A DNA stretch of 64,000 nt, from positions 640,001-704,000 of the forward strand of contig CAVXGK010000002.1 of the NCBI GenBank assembly GCA_963761305.1, read 5' to 3'. Shown here piece after piece: positions 59,753 to 64,000 of the stretch. Each line of letters begins with the position of its first letter. Positions within the stretch are counted from its first letter, which is position 1. The notes under the pieces were generated by a model. It was not told the DNA's origin. It saw only the letters and a program-made list of their open reading frames with translations, and searched no databases. This DNA comes from an uncultured Gemmatimonadaceae bacterium (GTDB lineage Bacteria; Gemmatimonadota; Gemmatimonadetes; Gemmatimonadales; Gemmatimonadaceae). Made by a program: the position numbers and the translations under genes.

Positions 59753-60799
59753 ATGGCAAACGATCAGAAGGCGAGCTCGAGTCGCGCTGCGCTTTTACTC
59801 GTTGCCGCCGCGATCACGGTGACCTTGATCGGCGCCTTGCCCCTCGCGGCCGGCCTCGTCGCCGCGCCGGCGTTGGCCGTCATCTGCCGGCCGGTCTACG
59901 AGCGACTCGCGAAGCGCCTGCACCGGAGCGGCGCGGCTCTTGTCGTGGTCGTCCTCGTCTGGCTCTTCCTCGCTGCGCCGGGAGCATTCCTCGCGACGCT
60001 GGTGGTTCGACAAGCGCCGGCGGCCATAGCCGAGGTGCAGCACGCCGTCGACCGCTTACGGGTTTCGCCGCCGTCGCTGCTTGGCGCAAATCCCGACACG
60101 CTGGTCGCCCATCTCGGTGCCTCCTCGATGGGCTGGCTTTCAGCGGCGGTCGGCCCGGCGCTCGGCGGCGTCGGTCACGCGATCATCGATCTGTCGATCG
60201 CTCTACTCGGGCTGTACTTCCTCCTCGTCGCGGGCGACGACGCCTGGCATGCGGTGCGAAGACACCTGCCGTTCTCGGCAAACGGCAGCGACGGTCTACG
60301 ACGCACCTTCGTCGAGGTGACGCGCGCGACGCTGCTCGGCACTCTCTTGTCGGCGGGGCTTCAGGGGCTGTCCATTGGGATCGGGCTCCGGATCATCGGT
60401 AACAGCGCGCCGGCGTTTTGGGGAATGATCGCCGGATTCACGACACTAGTGCCAGTCGTCGGCAACGCGCTGGTGTGGATTCCAGCCGTCATCGCGCCGC
60501 TCATGCAACAACGCGTCGGCGCCGCGTTGGTGATGGTCCTGTTGGGCAAGATCGTTCCGTCGCTGATCGATCGCGTCGTTCGCACGGTCGTTTCTCGCCG
60601 TGTCGGCAACACACACCCAATGATCACGCTCGTGGGCGCGATGGTTGGCTTGCGCCTCCTCGGACCGGTCGGCGTGCTCATCGGGCCGACCATCGTTCAA
60701 TGCACGTTGGCGCTCATTCAACTCTACGAACGCGAGTACGCCCCGACGTGGGTGAGCGCCAAAGCCGGAGTGACGCACATTGACCTCGTCGCAGCCTGA
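59753..60799 (+). CDS. AI-2E family transporter
   Basis: Multiple TMs, LVPVVGNALVWIP, HPMITLVG..GPVGVLIGP. Confidence 0.85.
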   Translation: MANDQKASSSRAALLLVAAAITVTLIGALPLAAGLVAAPALAVICRPVYERLAKRLHRSGAALVVVVLVWLFLAAPGAFLATLVVRQAPAAIAEVQHAVDRLRVSPPSLLGANPDTLVAHLGASSMGWLSAAVGPALGGVGHAIIDLSIALLGLYFLLVAGDDAWHAVRRHLPFSANGSDGLRRTFVEVTRATLLGTLLSAGLQGLSIGIGLRIIGNSAPAFWGMIAGFTTLVPVVGNALVWIPAVIAPLMQQRVGAALVMVLLGKIVPSLIDRVVRTVVSRRVGNTHPMITLVGAMVGLRLLGPVGVLIGPTIVQCTLALIQLYEREYAPTWVSAKAGVTHIDLVAA

Positions 60800-62392
60800 A
60801 GTGCAGGGTAGGCACAGAGCGCGTGGCGCCCGCTTCGCAATCCGGTCTTCCGCAAGCTGCTGCTTGCCGACGTGGTGTCGGACGTCGGCACGTTCATGCA
60901 GACGGTCGGCGCCGCCTGGCTCATGGTCTCGCTGCACGCCGGCCCGATGTACGTCGCGCTCACGCAGACCGCGTCGGCGCTCGCGTTCTTCGTGTTCGCG
61001 CTCCCGGCGGGCGCCATCGGTGACATCGTCGATCGGCGCAAGCTCATTCTCTATACCGAGACGTGGATGGCGAGCGTGGCGATCGTCATCACCGTCGTCA
61101 CGTTCGGCGGCGCGATGACGCCGTGGCTGCTGCTGTCGCTGACCTTCGCGCTCTCGGCCGGCGACGCCATCGAGTCGCCGACGTGGCGCGCGGTGCTTCC
61201 CGAGCTCGTGGGCAAGGATGACCTCGCGGCGGCGTCGGCCCTCAACGGAATCGAATTCAACTTTGCGCGGGCGGTTGGCCCCGCACTGGCGGGCGTCGTC
61301 ATCGCCGTGGCCGGTGTGGGTGTGGCGTTCGCCATCAACGTGCTGTCGTTTGCGGGCGTGCTGACCGTTGTCGCGCGGTGGAAGCGGCCCGCGACCCGTC
61401 GCACGACGCCGCCCGAAACAGTCGTGGGCGCGATCGTCGCCGCGGTGCGGTACGTTCGATATTCGCCGGCGTTGCGCCGCGTCATGTTTCGCGCGGGCGT
61501 GACAATGTTCTTTGCCAGCGCGCTCCTCGCGCTGTTGCCGTCGGTGGCGCACGGCGTGAGCGCAAGCCCGACCGGGTACGGAGTCCTGTTGGGTTGCTTC
61601 GGGGCGGGCGCCGTCCTCGGCGCCGTGGTCTTGCCACAGGCACGATCGCGCTGGTCGACTGAGGTCGTTGCTTCAGGCGGCATCGTGGTCGTCGGCCTGG
61701 CGACAATCGCCGCGGGGTTGGTCCACGTCATGGTGATCCTCGCGGCGTTGATGCTTGTCGGGGGCGCGGCGTGGATCGTGTTCATTTCGCTGGTCAACGC
61801 GTTGATGCAGATTCTCGCTCCCGATTGGGTCCGGGCGCGGGTGCTTGCCGTGTTCCTGCTGGTGTTTCAAGGAAGCCTGGCCGCGGGAAGCGCATTCTGG
61901 GGAACGGTCGCCGCGCATCGCAGCATTCTGTTCGCGCTCGTTGGCGCGGGCGTCGGAACGATCTTGTCGGTGGCGCTGGCGCGCCTGGCGCGATTGCCGG
62001 ACACCACTGCCGACGCCAGTCCGTGGAACCACTGGCGCATGCCGGTGCCGCCCGAAGGCGGGCAGCCGGCGCTCGACGATGGGCCGGTGTTGGTGACCGC
62101 CGAGTACACCGTGCCGGACGCACAGGTGGATGCGTTTCTCGAAGCGATGCACGAATACGCCCGAGTCCGACGGCGGGACGGCGCCTATCGATGGGGAATT
62201 TTTCGTGACATCGAGAAAGCCGACCTGTACGTCGAGACGTTTCTCGTCAGCTCGTGGGCGGAGCATCTCCGCCAGCACGCCCGGTCGACGGCCGCCGATC
62301 AAGCCATTGAGAGTCGAGTGTTTCGCTACGCAACCGGCACGAGTGTGGTGCGACACTTCATCTCCGCGGAGACGGTGACGCACGCGTCCTAG
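60780..62392 (+). CDS. MFS_3 (DUF894) transporter with C-terminal soluble domain; apparent frameshift at ~60813
   Basis: SAWRPLRNPVFRKL lies behind an in-frame TAG; VSDVGTFMQTVGAAW, GDIVDRRKL, RRRDGAYRW, SWAEHLRQH. Confidence 0.82.
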
Positions 62393-62576
62393 GACAAAAG
62401 TGATATCTCATTTAGGCCGTTCGCCGGATTGTCGCGTGGGACCGGCCCCGGCACCATTCCTCCGCGCGCGTCGAGATCGACGTCGTAAGCGAACGGATAC
62501 AACGGAGGCTCGCGCTATGACTTTCGACGGATGCCGCAACGGCCGGCGGCTATGGCTCACGCACTATCTTAGACAG

Positions 62577-63699
62577 ATGTCTCCCCGTCGCGCCACCGAG
62601 AACGGCCTCCGTCGCGAACGAGTGTCGGCGTCGCCACAGTTCAACGGCCGAGTTTTCAAGAATACCTATCCCGTGTCGTCGGGGCTCAAGCCAGGCGTCG
62701 AGCGTCCAACGATGCGCGAGTTCCTCTGTCCCGACGAGAACCGCATTCCGTCGACGCCATTGCCGCTCGTAAACCCAGTTCCATTCTGGGACACGCCGCC
62801 CTCGTCCGGGCTGCGTGTGACATGGCTGGGGCATTCCACGCTGCTCATCGAGATCGACGGCGTGCGAATCCTCACCGATCCGGTCTGGAGCAATCGTGCG
62901 TCGCCGTTGCCATTTGCCGGTCCGAAGCGCTTTCATCCGCCTCCGGCCGCGCTCGATGCGCTACCGCCGCTCGACGGCGTCATTCTGTCGCACGACCACT
63001 ACGACCATCTCGATCGCTCGACGATCCTGTCGCTCGCCAAGCTGCAAACCCGGGCACGAATCATCACATCGCTCGGTGTCGGCGAGCGGCTCGAGCGCTG
63101 GGGAATCCCGCCGCAGCGGATCACAGAACTGGACTGGTGGGACGAGACCGATCTCAAGGGCGTTTCGATTACGGCTGCGCCGGCACAACACTTCTCGGGG
63201 CGAGGGATCAAGGATCGCAACGCGACGCTGTGGTCGTCGTTCCATTTGCGCGGACCGCGACACTCGTTCTTTTTCGGCGCCGACACGGGACTCACGCCCG
63301 AATACGATGACATCGCGCGGCGCCTCGGCCCATTCGACATGGTCGCGCTCGAGATAGGCGCGTATCACCCGTCATGGGGCGACATCCATCTCGGACCCGT
63401 CAATGCATTGAGCGCGTATGGGCGCCTCGCCAGCGGCGGGTTTCTGCCCATTCATTGGGGGACGTTCAACCTCGCGATACATCCCGTGGAGCGAACCGGC
63501 GGAGACGCTCCTCCGACTTGGCACGGCGGCCGCTGTTCCCCTGATCATGCCGAAGCTCGGTGCGCCTGTGGAGCCTGACCGGTCGAATGGGGGAGGGGTC
63601 GATCCATGGTGGCGTGCCGTTTCGAGCGCTGCTCCAGAGCCGCTTGCCGAGCGGGACGCGCCGGAGAGTACGATGGAAGTCGAGCGGATGATGGATTGA
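62577..63699 (+). CDS. MBL-fold metallohydrolase (RomA/NAPE-PLD-like), frameshifted at ~63484
   Basis: WLGHST, TDPVWS, SHDHYDHLD, PAQHFSGR, PIHWGTFNL; HPWSEPAE is restored by removing one C. Confidence 0.85.
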
Positions 63700-63710
63700 C
63701 CCGGTCAGGT

Positions 63711-64000
63711 TCACCGCGCGACGCGCAGGACGACCCTACCCAGCAGGTGTCCCTTCTCGACCATACGGTGCGCTTGCGCCGCCGCGCCGAGCGGAAACTG
63801 CTTGGCGATTGGCACGATCAACGATGGCTTGTCGAGCGCGCGATTCAGACGGGCGAATTCCTTCACACCCGGCTTGGCGTCGTAGGAAACGAGTTTGATG
63901 CCGCGCCGCTTGCGCGGCGCCGGCTCGATACCGTTTGGATACGCGACGCGCCCGCCGCGACGGAGTGCCGCGATGCATTTCGTGAGCACGTTGCCGCCGA
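63711..64000 (-). CDS. 3' end of NADPH:quinone oxidoreductase / MDR-family protein (partial)
   Basis: LRRGGRVA..IAKQFPL..AAQAHRMVEKGHLLGRVVL. Confidence 0.75.
   Translation of the reverse strand, partial: GGNVLTKCIAALRRGGRVAYPNGIEPAPRKRRGIKLVSYDAKPGVKEFARLNRALDKPSLIVPIAKQFPLGAAAQAHRMVEKGHLLGRVVLRVAR

Overview
High-GC bacterial chromosome segment. Gene content (archaeal-type ProRS, PadR/duplicated-permease pairs, SusC/SusD-like pair, TonB fusion) suggests Gemmatimonadota; this is inference. 1-15.3 kb is a housekeeping block: mreD end, mrdA, rodA, accD, folC, hisS, proS, lysA, a phosphoesterase, guaA, DUF3667, PTS IIA, dusB, larB. tmRNA (16472-16827) follows. The rest looks accessory: a decayed PadR; an ECF sigma/FecR/SusC/SusD signalling and uptake locus with beta-propeller, esterase and M1 peptidase cargo; an excisionase-like HTH; a TPR-TonB fusion; two duplicated permeases; an APH-like kinase; and many hydrolases and transporters. 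The most unusual signals are non-coding: three long, co-oriented, degenerate 21-bp-periodic tracts with a shared core (two bracket a truncated helical-protein gene plus the kinase); 16-bp tandem arrays that flank DUF3667 and form a ~300-bp palindrome; a 113-bp intergenic copy of a lipoprotein gene segment; and a duplicated promoter-like 50-mer. About seven genes carry a single small-indel frameshift, probably long-read assembly errors. I saw no integrase, transposase, reverse transcriptase or CRISPR array. All family calls come from motif recognition by eye, not database searches.
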